This document shows positions 1 through 13,034 of a stretch of DNA of 64,000 bases, one piece after another (the first letter of the stretch is position 1; each line of letters opens with the position of its first letter). A model generated the notes under the pieces. That model saw only the letters and a list, made by a program, of their open reading frames with translations. It made no database searches and was not told the origin of the DNA. The stretch covers positions 49,044,001 to 49,108,000 of the forward strand of contig OZ249436.1 of assembly GCA_965235115.1 (NCBI GenBank), read 5' to 3'. The DNA is from Laetmonice hystrix. Its lineage: Eukaryota. The position numbers and the translations under genes are program-made.

Positions 1-828
1 GTTTACCGCCTAAAATGGCCAAAAGCAATTTTTGTTTTTGTTTTATTTTTAAGCGTGTTTGCCAGCATGCATGTCACAGTGATCACGTCTCATACAGGAT
101 AATCCCACTGTTAAGGTTAGCGATGGAGTAAACAACCTTAATGCAATGTTCGCCTGCCTGTTAGGCCTCCAGAAAGTATACAAAGTGGTCGTTGTAGGTT
201 GGTTGTACCTGGCGGAGGTCAGTGGCAGTATGCCAATAATTACATCCGTCTACCAGGGGCGTGTGCCACAGTAGGTACATTGCGATATACGGAGCGTTCT
301 ATTGAGGACTACTTTGGACGCCAGATGTGAGACCATATGAAATTACAGCTTTTGAGATGCCTTGGAATTATGCTAGCGTGTACTTGTCATCATATTTTAA
401 TATTCTGATGACATTATTTCAACAATCAGGCCCAATTCCTGACCTGTTCGTTAAGTTTTAGCCACTAGTCTTTTTAAACCATGCACTATGCAAATGATGA
501 TGCAATGGCATGATGAACCGGACGAAAGCCGAAACATGGCCTGTGCCACCCTCTTGCCAGCCGATATAACGGGCATCCTCGGCAAAATGGGGTCAAACGA
601 TGCTAAACTGTCATTATGGGATCAGGCGCTGATCCAGAGGGCGGCGGCCTGGGGGTTACTACGTGCCCCCTATAGACCCCTATTAAATTGGCTTAACAAA
701 TAGACCAAAAGTGATGCGCCCTTGGGATCATGGGTATTATGGGAAGTAGGCCTACATATTTCCAGACTGCTGCTGGGGGGGGGGGGGGGGGGGGGGGGCG
801 TGAAGTGCAGGTGATGGGGGTCACTTAA

Positions 829-1335
829 AGGGGCATGCTATGGAACACGTTTTGGAGGATTTCCGGCAATTATCCAACATGACCGTGTACTAGGGATCCA
901 AGTAAATAATCCTGCCACAGCATTTTGTCCTTCGACATGTTTTCGCTGCGCATGCAGCACAAGTAGGTTCTGTACAACCAAACGCATAGATTCCTCCCGA
1001 TAGCACATCTTCCGCCATAATTTGGTAGACAACCTCCCATCAACCCGTGTAATCGCGTACTGCGTCACATCCTGCGTGTCCTGCCTGCGCTTAGTTGTAA
1101 ACAATTCAGCAGTTGCACTCGATCGTCCGGCATCAGAATGCCACCCAAAAAAATATTTTACGAAATCGGCAGAGAAGCGGGCAAGGGTGCTTCATAAAGT
1201 TTGATTTCTCACAAAAAAATGAAACTGATAAGTCTGTCTTTGTTTACCAAGCAGTTTTAATGAAGGATCTCTTTATGAAAACAGCATAAGTTCTTTGAAA
1301 TACCGATTTTTCACGTTTCCTCCTAATATGCCCCT
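829..1335. mobile_element. Non-autonomous DNA transposon, Kolobok-like (TTAA target duplication)
   Basis: TTAA|AGGGGCAT... at 825-836 and ...ATGCCCCT|TTAA at 1328-1339; imperfect TIR extends about 20 bp; a related copy lies at 55931-56173. Confidence 0.8.
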
Positions 1336-1740
1336 TTAAAGAGAGCAGGGTGAAAATGGGCCCGGTGTTGGCGTCAGTTTTCCCACGCCCCCTGCATGGA
1401 AAAGGTACACATTACAGATTGGGATTTCCCTGTAGACCAGGGCCCGGACGACAGTACCACGAACAAGATCGGGTTCTATTGCAGACAGATGAATTTTATT
1501 ATTGTTAATAGGTCTTCTACGAGATGATAGATGGGTGATAGATGATATATGGGCCTCAAAGTAGCCGAGAGGGTATACCCATACTCTGCAGTTAGGCCAA
1601 GATCTGTTCATTTATAGAGTGGCCAAAATCTAGGCCAATACTAGATATTCCTTATAAACCCATGTCGTATGTAGACATATCTTTCTTGTCAGATTTCACA
1701 GATCGGCAAGACCTCCTTTAGTATTCTGATTATTCTGACT

Positions 1741-2200
1741 CTTAAACTGGCACCCACTTATGGTACCCTTCTTAAACTGGCACCCACTTATGGTACCCTT
1801 CTTAAACTGGCACCCACTTATGGTACGACACCCACTTATGGTAGGCTTACCCTCTTCCTAAGCTGACCCCCACTTATGGTACCCTTTCTAAACTGACACC
1901 CATTTATGGTACCCTCTTCTTAAGCTGACACCCGCTTATGGTACCCTTCTTAAACTGACATCCACTTTAAGTGAATGTCAGTTTAAGAAGCGTACCATAA
2001 GTGGGTGTCAGCATAAGAAGAGGCGCCATAAGTGGGTGTCAGTTTAAGAAGAAGGGTACCATAAGGGGGTGTCAGTTTAGGAAGAAAGGTACAAGTCTTA
2101 TGGTACCTTTCTTCCTAAACTGACACCCAGTTATGGTGCCTCTTCTTAACACCCACTTATGGTACCCTTCTTCCTAAACTGACACCCACTTATGGTACCC
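1741..2200. repeat. Minisatellite, ~30-33 bp unit, with an internally inverted block
   Basis: Unit cttaaactgacacccacttatggtaccctt. Copies at ~1970-2092 are reverse-complemented (ggtaccataagtgggtgtcagtttaag). Confidence 0.9.
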
Positions 2201-5200
2201 GCCCCCACCCCCACTCAGTCCGGCCCTGGTTATATTAGTACAGCAGTATACAGAAGAATGCGAAGACAAAAACTAGTCCTATCAGTATCAGTATAGTGGA
2301 TATCTGACTACCACTGAAGTTTTTTCCCCACCTCCACTCAGGCAGTCAGGCTCTGGTCTTATCCTTTGCACGGGCTCGTGGGGAACTATCAACAACGTGT
2401 GAGGTACGCAAATACACTGCACACAGGAGTTTAAACTCCAGTCTGAACCTCCTCCATCGTACGACCAAGGGAAACCTGAACTTGTGTGCGAGTCTGCTGC
2501 TGCTGGAGGCCGCAGATTGGTGTCAATCGGTATGTAGTATAGGCCTGCCCTGCGTGCATATCTAGGCCTCACAGGGGGCCTGTATTTGTAGTAGTACGTG
2601 CGATTGTTACTGCTAACCTCTTTCCGGTTGGTGACAGCTGAAGCCATGGTTACGTAGACCGTTCTGTGATCGGCAGGGCGTTCACATTGATGGAGTCTAT
2701 GTGTGCAGACATAGGGTCGACAGGGTGGTAGAATACCGCAGGGATCCGATCACTTTGATCAGTTAACGGCTCCCGTGCTCCACCCAGTCCGATTTGTTTT
2801 TTGTCGCACCAGCTGACACACGTAGGATACAGCTCCAACGTTGACGTCATGGCACCACTCCAGTGTCGGCCGCTAGGAGAAACATACCTGTTGGATCGGA
2901 GGCCGAGGAGTGGCCGTCCCGGTACATACTGTCTGTTCATGCTCTATTAGGATGGATTTGAAAGGAATAACAAACTTAGGCCTACTAGAGTGAACCTAAT
3001 ACACTAAAGTGGAGGAGACGGAATTGAATCAAAGTGAGACAAGGACTCAGTAGGCTAGTCGCCTGGCGGTGAACAAACTGCATTGGCTTGCCCTACTACG
3101 GTCAAACTTTATGTCTCTATTCTAGGATTCCAAGTGATTACAGCGAGGGCAGCTGTGTGTCACTATACTCCTAGTTCATTCTTATAAATTATGGACGTTG
3201 AAGAGCTGGGTTGGGTATCCTCGCGACGCATCGATCACTTCACATAGTGAACAAGTTGTAGACATACCATGGATGAATCTTCAATTAGGTGAACAGCAAA
3301 CCTCATTTTCCTGCATGGATTTCCACAGATAGGACGTCCATGTTGCTTAGCGCTACCGGTAGGCCCTATCCCCTTATGGATTAGGGACCATGCGATAATA
3401 CTGGCACGTGGTTATGGCAACGGACAACAAGCGGGACAGGAACGCCGCGTAACAACATCGTATTGTCGTCTGCTGCGGAGCTCCGCTTCTATGGCACTAC
3501 CTGGCGTGGACGCTCCGCCACCATCGGGATAGACGTCAAACACAGGAGCGGCAAAACTACACGTGATTCCTGAAGTATGAAAAAGTGCATGCCGGCGCCA
3601 TTGTAGATGACACAGTGTGTTCTTCTTATATTATTACTCAACAAGCGCTACATGTGGATGCCTCCTGATCTGTGTTAGACCTTTCTTAAGCCTAGTATCA
3701 ATGAAGATAGACTGTCATTGGAAAGGTCATTTATACGCCTGCGCCATGCCTTTCGGGATACGAGTGGATTATATCACACGAGATGGTTTTTGGCGAGTAC
3801 CGAACAGCATCCTCCTGTTTGAGCACTATAGGCCTGGTTAATGACAGTGTGGGATGAACCGATCTGCCTTCCATGTATCGAAAAAGCCAGTTCAAGAAAT
3901 AACTATGCAGATTTTTTTTCTCATCTGGTCAACCTGAATAGAAAACGACGCGCCATAGCTGTGGGCGCCTCTGTCACCCTCGCTAATGGATGCGCATACA
4001 TATACACACACCATTGCATATGCAAACGCACGGAGCTACCGTACATTGGATAACTACAACACTCTGTAATGATAACAATATTTTAATGGCTCGTGTATAA
4101 GCTGTTAAACGTAGCAGATGAGCAGCAGAGGGAGCGAAACGGCAAACGGTACTTGTTGACTAAATGTACCGAAGCAGGAATAAGTATGAGTATGAGGAAG
4201 AAAGGTAGGGCTTGTGGATGGCGTTACAGTCAGCAAAGGGATAGCATTCTTACCTGAGCAGTGCTGGATGCTGCCGCTTGCAGCATCTGCAACAGTGAGG
4301 AGTCATTCAAGGTAGCGGCAGGGGCTTCGCGGACGCTACAAGTATAAGTCACTGCTCCAACCACAAGGACACTGCGCAAGCCATTTTCAAACATTTATGA
4401 ATACCATTAGAGGTGGACTTTGAGTATGTGTATGTCCGAGAGGGAACAAAACCGTTGTTGCGGAGGGTATCACCGTCGGAACTGTTGGATTGAGGAATTG
4501 TTGAACACGGGTGGAGATTGTGGCTTTATGGAACCACAAGCAGTTTTAGAGGGACATGAAGACAGCTCCAGAGCTACGACCAATCCGCTCCCTTTACCTA
4601 TTTAATACATTTGGATAATTTTCACCATTTTGCATTTGCTACACTCACATTATTCATCTACGATTTTTCGGTTATTTTATGGAATATTTGCACGAAAATA
4701 TCTGGGAAGAAGCAGTGTTTTTAAGCGGCGAGCGCGGGCATGGTGGGTGTTGAAAGGTAGGCCCTATACTATGCAGCTCAGCGGATTCGTTTCGAGGTTC
4801 ATGCCGCAAGCTGTGAGCCTTGATGCTGCTGTTGCGACTGCATGAAATCACCAAAGGAATCTATTTAAACAGGACAGAATTGCCACCGGAGCAAGGCTCA
4901 CCTGGTGAGTGGGAATCGTGACGGGAGGTAGGTGCGTGTGGGCCCGGTGTCTATGTATAGGCTTATCATATACGTTCACGCGTGCGGACATCACTGCCCA
5001 CTCTCAACGACTATATTACATAGGCGGCTGGGCGGAGACCGTTGTGACCGTGTCATTTTGCAGACCGACGCTTCGTTCCAAGGAATGCGGCCTTAAAAGG
5101 GATGTATTCGTCGACCATCGACGAGGAAGCGACCAACTATAGCCTGGCGTTGGGAGCGAGGATAACGCGACGGGAGCGTCCAGCGCACAGCGTCACCAAT

Positions 5201-6141
5201 GACGTGAGAGAGGGACACGCTGCACTGCCGTACAGGGCGCGCTGTCGGCACCGCAGGACAAGCTAGCGATCGACTATTGTTTCTCGCTATCTATTCGAAA
5301 TACGGGTATATAACATTTCTCATTGAAAGTGGTGTGTGTATTTCATCGACAGTAATAGACAACGGTAGTGTTTATCAAGACATTCTAGATATACTTTTCT
5401 CTTCGTCTGTATACTTTGTGGACTGTGGACGGTATGCTTATTAGACATTATATATTCCAATGATACGTCGTATACTTGTGGTTTTGACATCTAGATAGGA
5501 CTATATGTACCATTTCCATTGATTATACATTGAAGTCGACATTTTTATATATAATATATACAGTATCGTCATCTATAGCACGTGGAAGTCTCGTTGGACA
5601 TCATTGTTTGAAATACCTGCCAATATTAATTAGGCATACGGAATTCACTTTGTCTGGTATCGAGTGTTCGTCAACACGGAAACCATCTTCAAGACTCATT
5701 GCTTTTTCCTTGCCATCGTGGTACTTATTAATTGAATACTGATGGGCCAATCGCCTTCGTGTACAGAGATTCCTAGGATGGTGTGAACTTTGAATTTTCA
5801 TTTCAATCTTTTGGATTCGACGTTCATATATCAATGCAAAGGACCTTTCGTCGTGGGAAAACAAATGTATCTCACTTATATTTAAGCTACGACTGCTGCT
5901 AGTTTTGAGTCTGAACTGAATTAGGGAAAGCAACATCTTTGAAAGGACAATTCCTTTCCCGATGACTACATTAGGAAGGAAGATACATACACACATGTAT
6001 TGATAAAACATAGCGCGTTCCTGACGTACGTCATCGGTAGGCGACAAACGCCCACCCTGGGACGGATATCATGGCGATTTAGCGCCTCTCTCGACGCTAC
6101 AACACTGTTGGTAGACTACAGTTACAAAGAAGGTTGCCACA

Positions 6142-6411
6142 ATGCAGAAGGCAGTACGAATCACGGAGTCTCAGCTTCTTCACCTGGCTTCTAAAGCCAG
6201 GCAGGAAAACACAATGAGCGGTTACCTACAAAAGAAGAGCGCAGACACCGGCAAATGGCAACTGCGCTGGTTCGCGCTCTATCAGAATTTGCTCTTTTAC
6301 TATGAGAACGAAACGACAACCCGCCCTTCTGGCGTCGCGCTACTGGAAGGCTGTTTCTGCGAACGTCTTGTAACGCCAACATCAACGAAAGGGAAGGATA
6401 GCGAAAAACAG
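6142..6411 (+). CDS. RASGRF1: First coding exon of a Ras-specific guanine nucleotide-releasing factor (RasGRF1/2 orthologue); N-terminal part of PH domain 1
   Basis: Translation MQKAVRITESQLLHLASKARQENTMSGYLQKKSADTGKWQLRWFALYQNLLFYYENETTTRPSGVALLEGCFCER...EKQ closely matches my recollection of the vertebrate RASGRF1/2 N-terminus (MQKAIRLN...GYLSKRSSDNTKWQTKWFALLQNLLFYFE...RPSGLYLLEGC.C.R...EKQ). Kozak-like gccacaATG; canonical donor CAG|GTAAGT at 6411/6412, 270 nt, phase 0. Paralogue number is not meaningful for an invertebrate. Confidence 0.95.
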
Positions 6412-6532
6412 GTAAGTGTTATTTATATGTCACGTGTGAAGGTGATGGTCTATAATTACACACAGGTATGGACACACGGGCGCCAACCAAGGCCAAGGGA
6501 CGCAGCTCGTACATTGACAAGCTGTTAACCAG

Positions 6533-7177
6533 ATTAAACGTCATCCTTACCATCTATGTTATCCTGATATTTTATCCCAATATTAAACTTCATCCTTACC
6601 ATCTATGTTATCCTGATATTTTATCCCAATATTAAACTTCATCCTTACCATCTATGTTATCCTGATATTTTATCCCAATATTAAACTTCATCCTTACCAT
6701 CTATGTTATCCTGATATTTTATCCCAATATTAAACTTCATCCTTACCATCTATGTTATCCTGATATTTTATCCCAATATTAAACTTCATCCTTACCATCT
6801 ATGTTATCCTGATATTTTATCCCAATATTAAACTTCATCCTTACCATCTATGTTATCCTGATATTTTATCCCAATATTAAACTTCATCCTTACCATCTAT
6901 GTTATCCTGATATTTTATCCCAATATTAAACTTCATCCTTACCATCTATGTTATCCTGATATTTTATCCCAATATTAAACTTCATCCTTACCATCTATGT
7001 TATCCTGATATTTTATCCCAATATTAAACTTCATCCTTACCATCTATGTTATCCTGATATTTTATCCCAATATTAAACTTCATCCTTACCATCTATGTTA
7101 TCCTGATATTTTATCCCAATATTAAACTTCATCCTTACCATCTATGTTATCCTGATATTTTAACCCAATATTGAACT
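6533..7177. repeat. Minisatellite, 49-bp unit, ~13 near-identical copies
   Basis: attaaacttcatccttaccatctatgttatcctgatattttatcccaat repeated; begins ~120 bp after the RasGRF donor. Confidence 0.97.
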
Positions 7178-7775
7178 GAATGCCGTCAATCAGCTGTCAA
7201 TAGTAATCACAGGGTTCCCAAGGGAAACCTGCATGGTTTTGTGATTGCGGGGTTGTCATTTTGAAAAGTGTTTGCTCGTTATTTGAGATCAAGGAGATGT
7301 AGGGTCATTTTTTTATTTCTAGATAAGCCTACTAATATCTGTGTGAGGGATCTGCCCCAAGTCAGTGCGTGGGAAAAGCGCTGAGGCTGAAGTTAGGGCC
7401 CATCTATCTATTTACCTTTTTTTAAAGATAGGAACATTGCTGTACGCTGGCCTCATGCTATTATAGTGTTAGCGTATACATTTTTTAAACTGAGTCTGAG
7501 TTTCAGTCGAACAGATACTTTATATTAACCCGGTTTGTATCTAGATAGAGGCGGTCTGGTTATTAGCCTACCAGTAATGCGGGCTGCCTCGAAACATCAG
7601 CCTGTATATAGAACTGTGCATGCGATATATTCTTATAACATATCGTCTGATATATAGTTGTCCTCTGCTGGTCTAGGATCAAAGTAGGCCATGTGTCTGT
7701 AGGCTTATAATCTCACAACTTCCTTACGAGTTATTTGAGAATCAACTCAGGTATTTCATGAATGTAGATTGGCCT

Positions 7776-7866
7776 ATAGATAGCCATCCAATTCTGAATA
7801 TGCCAATTGTACTTTGCGTAATATGCAAAGTACAATTGGCATATTCGGAATTGTATGGCTATCTAT
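7776..7866. repeat. Near-perfect 91-bp palindrome
   Basis: 45-bp arms (7776-7820, 7822-7866), 3 mismatches, 1-nt spacer. Confidence 0.9.
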
Positions 7867-9105
7867 TAGGCCTATATATCATAATGTCCCAAATGGATGG
7901 TATTAATTAGAAGTATGTTTTGTAATATGCGCAGAATGTTTTGTAATGTGCAGAATGTTGGAGCACAATTTGAACTCATGCTCAGAGACCCTCTGATCAG
8001 GCCCCCACCCCAGGATATGTGATCTTTCGCGGGGGCAATAAACTATTGCACCGATTGACATTGTATAAAATAACGTTGGTTATCTCCATGCTGGGTTCTG
8101 ACTGATTATCACCTAGCAATGTGTAGGGGGCTGTCTCTATGCTTGGTACGGCTGTCTTTTGTCAGACCTAGAGTGACCTACAATATTATGGTCTGGTGGG
8201 CTGTATAAATGAAATGGTTGTGTACTTTGCTGTAACTTTACATTTCCCATGTCAATACTCGGTACGCACAGCTGGTAACTCCGCAGGATATATTTATATA
8301 ATATATAATATATGGATGTGGAGGGTGTGCAGTTCTATGTATACATTACTTCATAGTGTCTCTTTACAAAAGTTTTGTGAATTGTAGATTGGTTAAAAAA
8401 AAAAAAACTGGAACAGTCTGCAGTCAAATTTGGATAGATTTCTGTTTCGGAGAATTTCGAACAAAATGGAAAGGTCTGATTTTTCGTTATCGTTGATTCT
8501 AACCTTTAACGTCCTCATACCGATATGCGATTAGCGCTATATGACTCTTATGTACGATGCATTTAAAATTAGTAATGCAGGTCCATTCATTAGTGTAATG
8601 GTTATAGGAAAATGTTCATTTTTACAATACATCCAATATACATGCATGTACATTAGTAAGTCCAGCAATATGATGACTCCCCTTCTCCAAACACTGGCGG
8701 TATTTTGTAGGCATTAAGACAAACTCAATTCACTTTCTGACGTCATAGACCAGTACTGCAGGTTTGGATGAAGAATTTTCATGTTAATCTAAGATACCGG
8801 TATAAAATTCACTGAATGCGTGCTGACCGGACATATGGAAACCGTCTATGCCTTAGATACGATACCAATATATAGTAGAGGTATTGTTCTTTTTACCGCA
8901 GCTTGAAAATCGTAAGACAGCAGGAACCCAATACAAAGTTAAATGTTCTCAGGGGTATTCACACCACATGTGGAATGATTAAAAAGAGAGACAGCGACTT
9001 AAAAATACGATAGAACGGAGGCTGTACTTATAATAGGACGTATTATAGGACGTAATACCCCTGGAATACATTTGTATGTTCAAATTCCGGGGGTACCTCC
9101 TGCAT

Positions 9106-9180
9106 GGGCGGGTAGCGGGGCGGGTATAGCGGGGCGGCATTGGCGGGTAGCGGGGCGGGTAGCGGGGCGGGTAGCGGGGC
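9106..9180. repeat. Short GC-rich 12-bp tandem repeat (gcggggcgggta)
   Basis: Directly visible; explains the GSGA/PLPA ORFs. Confidence 0.8.
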
Positions 9181-10871
9181 GAGTGATGTCACCTTATGGC
9201 CTTCATACCATTGTATGAGAGCGAGGCTGTGGGCGATGATAACGCCACCTGGTAGCGAGATGATAACGGTATACAGGCATGCATTCACCGATCGATGGAT
9301 TTCAACACCAACCCCTCATACAACATATTTGATCTACTCCTATAGAGATGTAATACACGGCCCGGCGTGAGCAGGGCACCATCAATACTTTTCTAGGACG
9401 ATTCAGAATGATATATTTTGGGGTCTTGCTGTCTATCAGAGTGGGCCAGGTGACAGGAAAGAATGACATTCATGGTTATCGCCGGTTCCGGCACAAGTAA
9501 CACCTGTTATAGAACGGACACCTGTTACAGCAGAACCGTTAAGATTGTAATTTATGGACTTCTTTTATAGCAACCTATATAACAACAGGTAGAGAGTGCT
9601 GATGTGGGGAGGGTCAATAATGTAGGACATAGGCCACCATCCTCCAGGGAATCATTGGCTGTCCAATGAAGGTTCACCTACTTTCATATTTGACACATAA
9701 GAACATGGCACACATGTTTGTCGCCCCGTTTCCCACAGAATATCTCGACCCGAACGTTATCGAGTAGGCTATCAGTGTGTTGAATATGGATTGTCAGAGG
9801 TTATGTATAAATGTAGGGGTAGGCCTCAGACAGTTGGTGTGACGATTGCCGAGTGATCGATTGGGTTGGCCTTGCTCTTGTTGTACAATAATGGCATAGA
9901 ATTTATTGAATACTTAAAGGATGGTGGATTGTGTGCTGATGCTGACTGTATATAGTGGAACATTCACCGATAAACCTGCATCCCCCACCCCCAAATTTGA
10001 TGTTCCTCCCAGCGTTCCACCTCTTTTCCTGATTAACGGGCATTTCCAGAAAAAAAATTAAACCTAAAAGTTATAGGCCTAACGAGTGAAAGATCATTTA
10101 CTGATCACGTATACTTGTTAGATATCACTAATAGTAGCATTTCATTGCTGATGTTTGGCTCAAGGTCAATCTGGGAAGGTCATCGTTGGATTGGGGTTAT
10201 TTGAGTAACTTGTGGTAAAGTATAGCAAAGGAAAATTCAAACCTTTTAGTACCTCAATCTCACGCCCCACCCCGTCTGCGAATATTGACAGTGTTAAGTC
10301 CCTTCTCGGTAATATTACACTAATCCCACTACATGTTAAACTTGACTGGCAACCCTATAATACTGTTCAAAGTTAGATATCAGTGCCTTCCATGTCAACT
10401 AAATATAACATTATGATAACGGGAGAAATATAATCTAACCCTCACAGATCAAAGTAAAGACGAGTCTATATAAGACTCCTATAAAATTTTAGTATATTTC
10501 TGTATGATATACCCTGAGAAAAATACAACGGCAATTCTAAGTTGGGCTGATTTCGTGAAGTGAGGTTCCGAAATGTGGAACCAGGCCTAACATCTGGTTA
10601 TGTAGTAAACCGACCTGACTCCTGGGAGCCCTGTCAGTGTCGGGATCTGGTACGGAACAATACTGTTGACATGTAAGCAATGTGACATGCAGGCTATATG
10701 TAATACGACACTAATTTGGCCGACACTCGACAGAGACGTGTTAACCTAACCTAAAAACTGAAAACACAACAAACATGTCTGATTTAAAAACAGCATTAAG
10801 GATCAACATGTTTTTATTCATTGCTTTCAATTTATGTTGCTATTCCACGTCGTATATCCCAGGTTAGCATA

Positions 10872-11677
10872 TTCCTTTCATGCTATCAGCCCCCTTATGT
10901 CAGCCTTCCTTTCATGCTATCAGCCCCCTTCTCTCGCCCTTCCTTTCATGCTATCAGCTCCCTTCTCTGATCCTTCCTTTCATGCTATCAGCCCCCTTCT
11001 CTCGCCCTTCCTTTCATGCGATCAGCCCCCTTCTCTCAGCCTTCCTTTCATGCTATCAGCCCCCTTCCCTCATCCTTCCTTTCATGCTATCAGCCCCCTT
11101 CTCTCAGCCTTCCTTTCATGCTATCAGCCCCCTTATCTCAGCCTTCCTTTCATGCTATTAGCCCCCTTATCTCATCCTTCCTTTCATGCTATCAGCCACC
11201 CTTCCCTCATCCTTCCTTTCATGCTATCAGCCCCCTTCTCTCAGCCTTCCTTTCATGCTATCAGCCACCTTCTCTCATCCTTCCTTTCATACTATCAGCC
11301 CCCTTCTCTCAGTCTTCCTTTCATGCTATCAGCCCCCTTCTCTCATCCTTCCTTTCATGCTATCAGCCCCCTTCTCTCAGCCTTCCTTTCATGCTATCAG
11401 CCCCCTTATCTCATCCTTCCTTTCATGCTATCAGCCACCTTCTCTCATCCTTCCTTTTATGCTATCAGCCACCTTCTCTCATCCTTCCTTTCATGCTATC
11501 AGCCCCCTTCTCTCATCCTTCCTTTCATGCTATCAGCCCCCTTCTCTCAGCCTTCCTTTCATGCTATCAGCCCCCTTCTCTCAGCCTTCCTTTCATGCTA
11601 TCAGCCCCCTTATCTCATCCTTCCTTTCATGCTATCAGCCCCCCTTCTCTCAGCCTTCCTTTCATACTATCAGCCAC
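10872..11677. repeat. Minisatellite, 34-bp pyrimidine-rich unit, ~24 copies
   Basis: gccttcctttcatgctatcagcccccttctctca repeated; explains four overlapping ORFs at 10834-11776. Confidence 0.97.
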
Positions 11678-12300
11678 ACGTTTCCCATTTTAATTCACCG
11701 TCCTCTTCCAGCCTGCTATAGGCTACACAGCAACCTTTCGTGTAAAGTTCCACACATTATGTACATCGGCTGGTAGTTGCTAATACCCTGGGGATTTCGA
11801 CAGCCCAACTTGTCAACTTCTCCGCTTGCCGTGTGCCACATTTTCCAGACAGCTGTTGACGTCTCCCCTGTCGAGGCATTCACCCCTGGAATACTCTTAC
11901 CCTCTGTGTCAAGGGAACCTGTTAGAATTTGTCCTACGCCTGAAACCTTACAGCAGTCATTCGGAGATAACACTTCGTGGCCTCGTTTCTACACCACAAC
12001 ATAAACAAGCATCTTTCCCCCTGTGTGATATATATGGCATTTTCACCGAGCTTTTATTTCTGTTCAACATAAAATTCATGGATGCAACGGTCGCGGATAT
12101 AAACATACTTTGTAGATATAATTAAAAAGCATTGTGTTTAAAATAGAATAAAACACATTAATACAATTAAATATGTTTGGAAAATAAAGTTAGTAACGTG
12201 GAATAATATCTCCATGGATGTATTACACCCAAAGGCCCTCGTAGTAACAGACGAGTGTTCCCAACTTGCAGAGAAAAAGAGCGAGTATGACACAGAGAAC

Positions 12301-12474
12301 CATTTTCAGTGATATCTAACATTCTCAGTGATATATAACATTCTCAGTGATATCTAACATTCTCAGTGATATCTAACATTCTCAGTGATATCTAACATTC
12401 TCAGTGATATCTAACATTCTCAGTGATATCTAACATTCTCAGTGATATCTAACATTCTCAGTGATATCTAACAT
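12301..12474. repeat. Minisatellite, 19-bp unit, ~9 copies
   Basis: cattctcagtgatatctaa repeated. Confidence 0.95.
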
Positions 12475-12945
12475 ACTGCGAGCAGCATACGCTCAGATTC
12501 CATAAAAAACATAAGCAGTAGCGTAAGAAGACTAAAGACGTAGGGGCAAAACGCTGCGGAAGATTGACGTTTGGGGAGAGTTCTCTCTGGGTCATCAGGA
12601 TTCACTGTCACAGAGAAACTAACTGGTTGTTTCCTTTAAACTCCTAACATAGTTACTTGACATAGCCCAGCTGTCGAGGACAGGGATGGTTCAAAGTCAC
12701 GTTTGTAATGTTAGGATACGCTATAAATTAGATAGTTCATCCTGTGCACATGGACAGACCAGGATTAGCTTTGTTTAGATCAAACTCTGATCGATCTCTT
12801 GGTTCAATCATTCCAACATGAAGAGATAGGCATAAATCAATAAATGTAAACCCGCAGAAATGGAGAAATCTTATGAAATGCAACATTCCAGTTGCTCGTT
12901 GTCGCTATGAAGCGAACGTCTTATGGCTGGTTGTTGACACAGTAG

Positions 12946-13034
12946 TTGACCTGGCATTGACTTGAACAGCCACAGAAATTCATCGGGCGATGAACCGATG
13001 AATTTGATTGGCTGTTCAGGTCAATACCAGGTCG
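12946..13034. repeat. Imperfect inverted repeat / hairpin, ~40-bp arms
   Basis: ttgacctggcattgacttgaacagccacagaaattcatcgg - short loop - ccgatgaatttgattggctgttcaggtcaataccaggtcga. Confidence 0.85.

Noticed and set aside
1438..2228. Possible MITE enclosing the first minisatellite (cagggcccggac / gtccggccctg)
   Set aside because: Only ~11 bp of imperfect inverted match and no clear TSD.
6412..6528. C-terminal 38 aa of the 6142-6528 ORF
   Set aside because: Read-through past the GTAAGT donor; RasGRF similarity stops at EKQ.
10834..11776. Long ORFs of 196-295 aa
   Set aside because: Translations of a stop-free 34-bp minisatellite, open in all three frames.
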